Source: a virus (lineage: Duplodnaviria > Heunggongvirae > Uroviricota > Caudoviricetes). From it: a DNA stretch of 7,002 nt. The position numbers were made by a program, and so were the translations under genes. The DNA lies in the IMG/VR virus record IMGVR_UViG_2778261354_000001, positions 1-7,002 of that record; one strand, 5' to 3'. The notes under the pieces were generated by a model, which saw only the letters and a list, made by a program, of their open reading frames with translations, did no database searches and had not been told where the DNA came from. Below, one piece after another: positions 1 to 6,588 of this stretch; position 1 is the first letter of the stretch; each line of letters begins with the position of its first letter.

Positions 1-50
1 CGAACTGCTCCCCTGGCGCGTAGCACTGCCGACTGAATAACACATCCCCG

Positions 51-77
51 TCAATACGGTTCTTGCTGCACGCTTAC
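51..77. repeat. Left copy of a bipartite inverted repeat: TCAATACGGTTCT (51-63), 7-nt spacer TGCTGCA (64-70), CGCTTAC (71-77)
   Basis: Read directly from the sequence. The reverse complement of 6926-6952 is TCAATACGGTTCT-GACGAGT-CGCTTAC, so 20 of 20 arm positions match and only the 7-nt spacer differs. The copy lies in apparently non-coding DNA upstream of the HNH gene. Confidence 0.8.
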
Positions 78-108
78 TTCTATAGTGTCCAGTAAATCAA
101 ACAGGAAA

Positions 109-130
109 CTTGTCCAACGTGTTGGACAAG
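109..130. promoter_or_regulatory. Perfect dyad symmetry element CTTGTCCAAC-GT-GTTGGACAAG (10-bp arms, 2-nt centre), a candidate operator or activator site upstream of the HNH/late gene block
   Basis: Read directly: 109-118 is the exact reverse complement of 121-130. It contains TGT(111-113)-N12-ACA(126-128). It sits about 120 nt upstream of the HNH start. No T-run follows, so it is not an intrinsic terminator. Confidence 0.45.
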
Positions 131-250
131 CCTCTCCATTAGTGAGTTGTATTGATCACAACTCTACAAAGAATTCATTACTGGGTAGATGAAAATAGTT
201 TCACTATGAATGGAGGAGGCTATGTCGGTGGCTTCTTCATTGGAGTACAT

Positions 251-601
251 ATGCCCCCACGAATCCCACGCGCCTGCCGTAAGCGTGGATGTGCAGGTAC
301 AACCACAGACAGTTCTGGTTACTGCGATAAACATCGTGGCGAAGGATGGGTACAGCATCAACGCGGACTGAGCCGCCACCAGCGTGGCTATGGCTCGAAA
401 TGGGATGCCATACGTGCGCGCATACTGAAGCGTGATAATCATTTGTGTCAGAACTGCCTGCGCAATGGGAGAGCCGTTGAAGCCAGAACTGTGGACCACA
501 TCATTCCGAAAGCTCATGGTGGCACGGATGCAGACAGTAACCTGCAGAGTCTGTGCTGGCCCTGTCATAAAGCAAAAACAGCGCGCGAACGCATCAATTG
601 A
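251..601 (+). CDS. HNH homing-type endonuclease, phage packaging-associated
   Basis: Part of track ORF 152..601. The translation from ATG 251 (MPPRIPRACRKRGC...) carries Cys pairs (CRKRGC, CQNC, CWPC) and the HNH core: DHIIPKAHGG (His), SNLQ (Asn), CHKAKT (His). A GGAG at 242-245 lies 5 nt upstream of ATG 251. Alternative in-frame starts are ATG 206 and TTG 152. Its position immediately upstream of terS is typical of HK97-like cos phages. Confidence 0.85.
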   Translation: MPPRIPRACRKRGCAGTTTDSSGYCDKHRGEGWVQHQRGLSRHQRGYGSKWDAIRARILKRDNHLCQNCLRNGRAVEARTVDHIIPKAHGGTDADSNLQSLCWPCHKAKTARERIN

Positions 602-748
602 TAACAGTTCCCATCTGTAGGGGAGGGGCAGGTCAAATCTCTGCAACCCTGGCTGCTCAGTACCGCCGCCTGACCTTTCCTCGCATCGCCGCAGGTTCGA
701 AAACTTTTTTTTGGAATGTGATTAAATGATTGATAGGTAAAACCGATT
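602..748. other. HNH-terS intergenic region; putative cos / terminase recognition region
   Basis: A 147-bp non-coding gap with GC-rich tracts (GGGGAGGGGCAGGTC at 620-634; ACCGCCGCCTGACCT at about 662-676) and a T8 run at 705-712. The assignment is positional: in HK97-like cos phages the cos site lies between the HNH gene and terS. The exact cleavage site cannot be determined from sequence alone. Confidence 0.35.
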
Positions 749-1231
749 ATGTCTGGACCCCCGAAAACCCCGCCACGCCTGCATTTGATACGAGGTAACC
801 CCTCAAAGCGGCCAGTTAAAGACTCCAAAAAAACCGCTAAAAAGGATGAAAAAGGTCTCCCTAAAATTCCGCAACATTTAGGGGCGCAGGGGAAGTACTG
901 GTTCAGGCGAATGGCGGAAGAGCTGAATGCGGAAGGGATCATTTCTCAGCTCGATGCACGTGCGCTCGAGTTACTGGTGGAAGCCTACACCGAATACCGG
1001 CATCACTGCGAAATACTCGATGTTGAGGGTTATACCTACCGCACGGAAACGCAGAATGGCGATGTGCTGATCAAGGCACACCCGGCTGCTGCGATGAAGG
1101 CTGATGCCTGGAAGCGGATTCGGGCGATGCTTGCAGAGTTTGGTATGTCACCGGCAAGCCGGGCGAAAGTAAATACCGCCGGACCGGATGATGTTGATCC
1201 GCTGGCAGAGCTTTTAAAAGCGAGAGACTGA
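749..1231 (+). CDS. terS: Terminase small subunit, P27 family
   Basis: Track ORF 749..1231 (160 aa). It has a basic, Pro/Lys-rich N-terminus (MSGPPKTPPRLHLIRGNPSKRP...) followed by a helical region (GKYWFRRMAEELNAEGI...), which is characteristic of P27-type small terminases. Its TGA stop overlaps the terL ATG (TGATG at 1229-1233). Confidence 0.85.
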   Translation: MSGPPKTPPRLHLIRGNPSKRPVKDSKKTAKKDEKGLPKIPQHLGAQGKYWFRRMAEELNAEGIISQLDARALELLVEAYTEYRHHCEILDVEGYTYRTETQNGDVLIKAHPAAAMKADAWKRIRAMLAEFGMSPASRAKVNTAGPDDVDPLAELLKARD

Positions 1232-2988
1232 TGGCAAAAGTGGCTGACGGGATCCGCTACGCCGAACGTGTTGTTGCAGGAGAAATTGTTGCTGGCGAAT
1301 TTGTCCGTCTGGCCTGCCAGCGTTTTCTTGATGATCTGAAGTACGGCGAAGAGCGGGGGATTTATTTCAGTGAACCCCGTGCACAGCACATCCTTAATTT
1401 CTACAAATTTGTACCCCATGTGAAAGGGGCGCTGGCAGGTCAGCCCATTGAGTTGATGGACTGGCATGTGTTTATCCTCATTAATATTTTTGGTTTTGTC
1501 ATTCCGCTGGTGAATGAAGAAACCGGGGAAGTTGTCATGCGCAGCGATGGCAGTGGACGCCCGGTGATGGTGCGCCGGTTCCGGACAGCATACAACGAAG
1601 TTGCCCGTAAAAACGCAAAATCAACCCTGTCATCGGGTATCGGTCTGTATATGACGGGGGCAGATGGTGAAGGCGGGGCTGAGGTGTATTCAGCCGCAAC
1701 CACGCGTGACCAGGCCAGAATTGTGTTTGAAGACGCCAAAAATATGGTCAGAAAAGCCCGGTCGACACTCGGGCGGTTGTTTGATTTCAACAAGCTGGCG
1801 ATTTACCAGGAGCAGAGCGCATCAAAATTTGAACCGCTTTCCTCGGATGCAAACAACCTGGACGGTCTGAACATCCACTGCGCCATTATTGATGAGCTGC
1901 ATGCTCATAAAACCCGTGACGTGTGGGACGTTCTGGAAACGGCAACCGGTGCCCGTCTGCAGTCTCTGTTATTTGGCATCACCACGGCTGGCTTTAACAA
2001 GGAAGGGATTTGCTACGAGCAGCGCGATTACGCCATTAAGGTATTGCGAGGCTATAACAGCGACGTGGAGGGCGCGGTAAAAGACGACTCCTACTTTGCG
2101 ATCATTTACACGCTCGATGAGGGAGATGATCCGTTTGATGAAACGGTCTGGCAGAAAGCGAATCCTGGCCTGGGCATCTGTAAACGCTGGGATGATCTGC
2201 GTCGTCTGGCGAAAAAAGCGAAGGAGCAGGTCTCTGCGCGGGTGAATTTTTTTACCAAACACATGAATGTGTGGGTCACTGCCGAATCTGCCTGGATGGA
2301 TATGATTAAGTGGGAGAAGTGCGAATACATTGCTCCACAACATGAGCTGAAAACATATCCCATGTGGGTCGGCGTCGACCTTGCTCATAAGATTGATATC
2401 TGTGCGGCGGCAAAACTCTGGCGAACCGATAACGGACATGTTCATGCTGATTTTAAATTCTGGCTTCCGGAAGGACGGCTGGAACGATGCTCGCGGCAGC
2501 AGGCAGAACTTTACCGGAAGTGGGCGGAGATGGATAAGCTCATCCTGACGGATGGTGATGTTATCGATCATGCTCAGATAAAAAGTGACTTACTGGAATG
2601 GATTGGCGGTGAAAACCTCAGGGAACTGGGGTTTGACCCGTGGAGCGCAATGCAGTTCAGCCTGGCACTGGCTGAAGAAGGGATACCGCTGGTGGAGGTT
2701 CCGCAGACGGTCCGCAATCTGTCAGAGGCCATGAAGGAAACGGAATCACTGGTTTATGCCGGGCGTTTCCATCACAGCAATCATCCGGTCATGAACTGGA
2801 TGATGTCTAACGTTACTGTAAAACCGGACAAAAACGACAACATCTTCCCGAATAAATCCACGCCGGAAGCCAAAATCGACGGCCCTGTTGCGCTTTTTAC
2901 AGCCATGAGCCGCTTTCTGGTAAATGGCGGGGGCGTGAATGACTTTCTGTCCACGCTTGATCCTGATGAGGACCTGTTAATTCTGTGA
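1231..2988 (+). CDS. terL: Terminase large subunit (ATPase plus RNase H-like nuclease)
   Basis: Track ORF 1231..2988 (585 aa). The P-loop region is VARKNAKSTLSSGIGLY, Walker B is CAIIDELH, followed by GAEVYSAATTRDQARIVF; the C-terminal nuclease region contains VGVDLAHKID. The start is translationally coupled to terS. Confidence 0.95.
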   Translation: MAKVADGIRYAERVVAGEIVAGEFVRLACQRFLDDLKYGEERGIYFSEPRAQHILNFYKFVPHVKGALAGQPIELMDWHVFILINIFGFVIPLVNEETGEVVMRSDGSGRPVMVRRFRTAYNEVARKNAKSTLSSGIGLYMTGADGEGGAEVYSAATTRDQARIVFEDAKNMVRKARSTLGRLFDFNKLAIYQEQSASKFEPLSSDANNLDGLNIHCAIIDELHAHKTRDVWDVLETATGARLQSLLFGITTAGFNKEGICYEQRDYAIKVLRGYNSDVEGAVKDDSYFAIIYTLDEGDDPFDETVWQKANPGLGICKRWDDLRRLAKKAKEQVSARVNFFTKHMNVWVTAESAWMDMIKWEKCEYIAPQHELKTYPMWVGVDLAHKIDICAAAKLWRTDNGHVHADFKFWLPEGRLERCSRQQAELYRKWAEMDKLILTDGDVIDHAQIKSDLLEWIGGENLRELGFDPWSAMQFSLALAEEGIPLVEVPQTVRNLSEAMKETESLVYAGRFHHSNHPVMNWMMSNVTVKPDKNDNIFPNKSTPEAKIDGPVALFTAMSRFLVNGGGVNDFLSTLDPDEDLLIL

Positions 2989-3146
2989 AACAGCTTATTA
3001 CTGATATGACCGGGCTGATCGGTTTCGGTCTGCTCACTGCTGGCGTTTATCTGTATGCAGGTCTGCCAGCGTCTCTGATGCTGTCTGGCTGTTTGTTGCT
3101 GCTTTATGCACTGGTGGTGTCCATGAGGAGAAAACATGCTTCTTGA
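2985..3146 (+). CDS. Small hydrophobic protein (about 53 aa from GTG 2985, or about 46 aa from ATG 3006), predicted membrane protein, hypothetical
   Basis: Not in the ORF track. My own translation is (V/M)KQLITDMTGLIGFGLLTAGVYLYAGLPASLMLSGCLLLLYALVVSMRRKHAS*, with two hydrophobic stretches and a basic C-terminus. It is rich in CTG codons. The GTG start overlaps the terL stop (GTGA), and its stop at 3144-3146 overlaps the portal start at 3136. It fills the otherwise unexplained terL-portal gap. Confidence 0.4.
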   Translation: MKQLITDMTGLIGFGLLTAGVYLYAGLPASLMLSGCLLLLYALVVSMRRKHAS

Positions 3147-4362
3147 TGCTCTGTTTCGCAGTGAGCCTCTGGAAAATCCCTCGGTTCCGGTAACCGGAGA
3201 GGCTGCTGAGACGGATAATATTTTTGCCCGGGATGTGTATGTCAGTCCGGAAACATCCATGAAGCTGGCTGCTGTCTATGCCTGTATTTATGTTATTTCA
3301 TCCAGTGTGGCTCAGATGCCCCTGCATGTGATGCGAAAAACGAATGAGCATGTTCAGCCTGCACGCGATCATCCGTTGTTCTGGCTCGTTCATGATGAAC
3401 CGAATGCCTGGCAGACCAGCTATAAGTGGCGGGAACTGAAGCAGCGTCATGTGCTGGGGTGGGGCAATGGTTATACGTGGGTAAAACGTAATCGTCGTGG
3501 AGAGGTTACCAGCCTTGAATGCTGTATGCCATGGGAAACTACGTTACTTAACACCGGTGGGCGTCATACTTACGGGGTGTATAACGAAGAGGGTGCATTT
3601 GCGGTAAGTCCGGACGACATGATCCATATCAGGGCGCTGGGAAACAATCAGAAAATGGGACTGAGCCCGATCATGCAGCATGCTGAAACCATTGGTATGG
3701 GAATGAGTGGCCAGCAGTATACCAGCGCCTTTTTTAACGGTAATGCCCGTCCTGCCGGTATTATTTCTGTGAAAAATGAACTGAACGAACAAAGCTGGGG
3801 CAGGCTTAAAAATATGTGGCAGCGGGCGGTGACAGCGCTTCGCAGCCAGGAAAATAAAACCATGTTGCTGCCTGCGCAACTGGATTACCGCGCTCTGACA
3901 GTTTCTCCGGTGGATGCTCAGATCATTGATATGACCAAGCTGAACCGGTCGATGATTGCCGGGATTTTTAATGTCCCGGCGCACATGATTAATGACCTGG
4001 AAAAAGCCACATTTTCGAATATTACGCAGCAGGCGATTCAGTTTGTTCGCTACACGATGATGCCCTGGGTTGCGAACTGGGAGCAGGAGCTTAACCGTCG
4101 CCTGTTTACCCGTACAGAACGGGCTGCCGGGTATTACGTTCGTTTCAACCTCACGGGGTTGCTCCGTGGGACCCCACAGGAGCGTGCGCAGTTCTATCAC
4201 TTTGCCATTACAGATGGCTGGATGAGTCGGAATGAAGCCAGGGCATTTGAGGATATGAACCCGGTTGACGGTCTGGATGAAATGCTGGTCAGCGTAAATG
4301 CAGCAAATCCGTTGAATAACTTTAAAGATACGAAAGGCAAAGAGGAAAAGAACGATGAATGA
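3136..4362 (+). CDS. Portal protein, HK97 family
   Basis: Track ORF 3136..4362 (408 aa). Its size, position immediately after terL, and sequence character (e.g. ...NRSMIAGIFNVPAHMINDLEKATFSNITQQAIQFVRYTMMPW...) fit HK97-type portals. A GAGGAG at 3125-3130 lies 5 nt upstream of the ATG. Confidence 0.93.
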   Translation: MLLDALFRSEPLENPSVPVTGEAAETDNIFARDVYVSPETSMKLAAVYACIYVISSSVAQMPLHVMRKTNEHVQPARDHPLFWLVHDEPNAWQTSYKWRELKQRHVLGWGNGYTWVKRNRRGEVTSLECCMPWETTLLNTGGRHTYGVYNEEGAFAVSPDDMIHIRALGNNQKMGLSPIMQHAETIGMGMSGQQYTSAFFNGNARPAGIISVKNELNEQSWGRLKNMWQRAVTALRSQENKTMLLPAQLDYRALTVSPVDAQIIDMTKLNRSMIAGIFNVPAHMINDLEKATFSNITQQAIQFVRYTMMPWVANWEQELNRRLFTRTERAAGYYVRFNLTGLLRGTPQERAQFYHFAITDGWMSRNEARAFEDMNPVDGLDEMLVSVNAANPLNNFKDTKGKEEKNDE

Positions 4363-4954
4363 CCGTGAAACGCGCTGTTACAGCGGGGAGGTGCGGGCGG
4401 AACAATATGATAATGCCCCGACCCACATTCTGGGGTATGGCTCGGTATTTAACAGTCGTTCAGAACCTCTGTGGGGATTTCGTGAAATCATCAAGCCGGG
4501 GGCTTTTGATGATGTACTGAATGATGATGTACGTGGCTTGTTTAATCATGATCCTAATTTCATTCTCGGACGAAGTTCTGCCGGCACGTTGTCATTGTCG
4601 GTGGATGAACGCGGTTTACGTTATGACATTGTTGCACCGGATACTCCGACTATTTGTGACCTGGTGCTGTCTCCAATGTTGCGTGGTGACATTAATCAGT
4701 CCTCGTTCGCGTTTCGTGTCGCCCGTGACGGAGAGAGCTGGTATGAAGACGACGAGGGGATTGTTATCCGGGAAATCACGCGCATTTCTCGTCTGTATGA
4801 CGTCAGCCCGGTGACATATCCGGCCTATCAGGACGCAGACTCTGGTGTCCGCTCAATGAAAGCCTGGCAGGAAGCGCGGGCGAGTGGTGCGCTGAAGAAA
4901 GCTGTTAACGAACGAATGGCGCGTGAGCGTCTTTTGACCCTTCTTAATGCATAA
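4355..4954 (+). CDS. Prohead maturation serine protease, HK97 family (S78/U35-type)
   Basis: Track ORF 4355..4954 (199 aa). It carries the HK97-protease-like motifs LFNHD (candidate catalytic His) and GDINQSSFAF (candidate catalytic Ser). It overlaps the portal stop by 8 nt (ATGAATGA) and sits directly upstream of the capsid gene. Confidence 0.92.
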   Translation: MNDRETRCYSGEVRAEQYDNAPTHILGYGSVFNSRSEPLWGFREIIKPGAFDDVLNDDVRGLFNHDPNFILGRSSAGTLSLSVDERGLRYDIVAPDTPTICDLVLSPMLRGDINQSSFAFRVARDGESWYEDDEGIVIREITRISRLYDVSPVTYPAYQDADSGVRSMKAWQEARASGALKKAVNERMARERLLTLLNA

Positions 4955-4968
4955 GGATACTACTGACG

Positions 4969-6186
4969 ATGAAACTTCATGAGATGAAGCAAAAACGAAA
5001 CACCATTGCAAAGGATATGCGTGCACTGCATGAAAAAATTGGTGATAACGCATGGACTGATGAGCAACGGGCAGAGTGGAACAGGGCGAAAGCTGAGCTG
5101 GATGCGCTGGATGAGCAAATCGCCCGTGAAGAAGAGTTGCGCCGTCAGGATCAGGCATATGTGGATGAGTCCGGGCCGGAAGAGCGCCAGAATAATGAGG
5201 CGGAGAACGGGAAAAAGGCGGTGGAAGAGAAGCGTGCTGCGGCATTTAACCGTTTTCTGCGTGCCGGATTTGCAGAACTGAATGCTGAAGAGCGTAATCT
5301 GATGCGTGAACTGCGGGCTCAGAGTGTAACAACGGATTCTCAGGGCGGATATACGGTGCCCACGCAGATGCGTAACAAAATCATTGACACCATGAAGGCT
5401 TATGGCGGGATTGCCAGTGTGGCGCAACTTCTGACCACATCAACCGGGCAGGATATCACCTGGTCAACGTCTGATGGCACGACTGAAGAGGGCGAACTGC
5501 TGGCGGAAAATACAGCCGCAACGGAACAGGATGTGACGTTCGGGACCGCTATTCTGGGGGCTAAAAAGCTGTCATCAAAAATAATTCGTGTGTCCAATGA
5601 GCTGCTCCAGGACAGTGGGGTGGATATTGAATCTTATCTGGCAAACCGTATTGCCCAGCGTATTGGTCGTGGAGAGGCAAAATATCTGGTTCAGGGGACC
5701 GGAACGGGATCACCGTTACAGCCAAAAGGGCTGGCAGCGTCGGTGACGGGAACCATCCAGACTGCAGCCTCTGCCGCTTTCACCTGGAAAGAAATGAATG
5801 CCCTGAAACATGCCATTGATCCGGCATATCGTGGTGGGCCGAAATACCGCTGGGCATTCAATGATGCCACATTGCAGACTATTGAAGAGATGGAGGATGG
5901 ACAGAAACGCCCGTTATGGCTGCCGGATATTGCAGGCGGTACGCCGGCTACTGTGCTGGGGATCCCTTATGTTATTGATCAGGCTATTGACGGGATTGGT
6001 ACCGGAAAAAAATTCATTTTCCTGGGGGATTTCAACCGCTTTATCATTCGCCGCGTTACTTATATGGAACTGAAACGTCTGGTTGAGCGTTATGCTGAGT
6101 TTGATCAGGTGGCATTTCTGGCTTTCCATCGTTTTGACTGTGTGCTGGAAGATGTGGCAGCCATCAAGGCGCTCACTGGCAAATAA
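4969..6186 (+). CDS. Major capsid protein, HK97 fold, with N-terminal delta (scaffolding) domain
   Basis: Track ORF 4969..6186 (405 aa). The N-terminal ~100 aa are highly charged and coiled-coil-like (delta domain), followed by a typical HK97-type body (GGYTVPTQ..., ...LWLPDIAGG...). An AAGGA at 4953-4957 precedes the ATG. The gene follows the protease as in HK97. Confidence 0.95.
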   Translation: MKLHEMKQKRNTIAKDMRALHEKIGDNAWTDEQRAEWNRAKAELDALDEQIAREEELRRQDQAYVDESGPEERQNNEAENGKKAVEEKRAAAFNRFLRAGFAELNAEERNLMRELRAQSVTTDSQGGYTVPTQMRNKIIDTMKAYGGIASVAQLLTTSTGQDITWSTSDGTTEEGELLAENTAATEQDVTFGTAILGAKKLSSKIIRVSNELLQDSGVDIESYLANRIAQRIGRGEAKYLVQGTGTGSPLQPKGLAASVTGTIQTAASAAFTWKEMNALKHAIDPAYRGGPKYRWAFNDATLQTIEEMEDGQKRPLWLPDIAGGTPATVLGIPYVIDQAIDGIGTGKKFIFLGDFNRFIIRRVTYMELKRLVERYAEFDQVAFLAFHRFDCVLEDVAAIKALTGK

Positions 6187-6207
6187 CCACTCGTTGTTCA
6201 GTTACAG

Positions 6208-6229
6208 ACCGCGCCGACGCGGTTTTTTT
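6208..6229 (+). terminator. Rho-independent terminator downstream of the capsid gene
   Basis: Stem ACCGCG (6208-6213) / CGCGGT (6218-6223) with loop CCGA, followed by a T7 run at 6223-6229. It begins 22 nt after the capsid stop codon. Confidence 0.6.
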
Positions 6230-6231
6230 AT

Positions 6232-6251
6232 GCCCGCACAGTGTTGCGGGC
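6232..6251 (+). promoter_or_regulatory. Second hairpin (7-bp stem GCCCGCA/TGCGGGC, 6-nt loop) abutting the ribosome-binding site of the connector gene
   Basis: Read directly: 6232-6238 is the reverse complement of 6245-6251. The 3' stem base C6251 is the first base of the CAGGAG Shine-Dalgarno (6251-6256) for ATG 6263. Confidence 0.4.
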
Positions 6252-6262
6252 AGGAGTTTCTG

Positions 6263-6580
6263 ATGGCAGCAATAGTGGAAAAACTCAGGGCGCAGTGCCG
6301 TATTGATACAGATGATGCAACTGATGATGAGTTACTGATGCTGTATTTCCGGGCTGCCTGCCGCAAGGCAGAAAATTTTATCAACCGTAAGCTTTATGAG
6401 GAGACGGTGCCGGAAGGTGATCCTGAAGGGGTGCTTATAGCTGATGATGTTTTGCTGGCGCTCATGTTGCTGGTCGGGCACTGGTACGAAAACCGGGAAA
6501 ATTCCTCAGATGTCAGCAAGGCACCAGTCCCGTTTGGTTTTTCTTCTCTGCTGGAGCCTTATCGTTTTATTCCTTTGTAG
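6263..6580 (+). CDS. Head-tail connector protein (gp6-like)
   Basis: This is the in-frame 3' part of track ORF 6083..6580. The ATG at 6263 is preceded by CAGGAG at 6251-6256 and lies downstream of the terminator. The 105-aa product (MAAIVEKLRAQCRIDTDDATDDELLMLYFRAACRKAENFINRKLYEE...) has the acidic N-terminal region typical of gp6-like connectors. The track's upstream extension would span the terminator and is rejected. Confidence 0.8.
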   Translation: MAAIVEKLRAQCRIDTDDATDDELLMLYFRAACRKAENFINRKLYEETVPEGDPEGVLIADDVLLALMLLVGHWYENRENSSDVSKAPVPFGFSSLLEPYRFIPL

Positions 6581-6588
6581 GAGGAGGC

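Noticed and set aside
152-250. Longer HNH start at TTG 152 or ATG 206
   Set aside because: The region upstream of ATG 251 encodes Gly/Phe-rich sequence that is not part of HNH proteins, and neither candidate start has a ribosome-binding site. ATG 251 (MPPRIPRACR...) fits better. This is not fully excluded.
212-365. Strong GGAGGAGG Shine-Dalgarno (212-219) followed by an out-of-frame ATG at 222 opening a 47-codon ORF
   Set aside because: The spacing is too short (2-4 nt), the ORF overlaps the HNH N-terminus in another frame, and the product has no recognisable features. It is probably a coincidence.
164-646. Minus-strand ORF (160 aa) antisense to the HNH gene
   Set aside because: It lies entirely within or opposite the well-supported HNH CDS, has no recognisable motifs and has Cys/Thr-rich low-complexity composition. 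It is a typical shadow ORF.
685-712. tRNA T-loop-like GGTTCGAAAAC followed by a T8 run
   Set aside because: No complementary T-stem, acceptor stem or CCA context can be built around it. It is not a tRNA or tRNA fragment as far as I can fold by eye.
711-739. Sigma70-like promoter (TTGGAA-17-TAGGTA, or extended -10 TGaTTAAAT) just upstream of terS
   Set aside because: The hexamer matches are weak, and terS in cos phages is normally expressed from an upstream late promoter through cos. There is not enough evidence to call a promoter.
1969-2571. Minus-strand ORF (200 aa) inside terL
   Set aside because: Antisense to a strongly supported terminase gene, with no ribosome-binding site or family resemblance. 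Shadow ORF.
3544-4200. Minus-strand ORF (218 aa) inside the portal gene
   Set aside because: Antisense to the portal CDS, with no independent support. Shadow ORF.
4960-5427. Minus-strand ORFs (155 aa, and 130 aa at 4853..5245) opposite the protease/capsid junction
   Set aside because: Antisense to the capsid delta-domain coding region. Their composition reflects the complement of a charged coiled-coil region. No support.
4521-6073. Nested plus-strand ORFs in alternative frames (4521..4814, 5006..5281, 5810..6073)
   Set aside because: They are embedded in the protease and capsid genes in other frames, with Cys/Arg/Trp-rich composition typical of off-frame translation.
6083-6262. Upstream in-frame extension of the connector ORF (track ORF 6083..6580)
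   Set aside because: The extension overlaps the capsid gene 3' end and spans the terminator hairpins. The ATG at 6263 has a properly spaced CAGGAG ribosome-binding site and gives a product of typical connector length.
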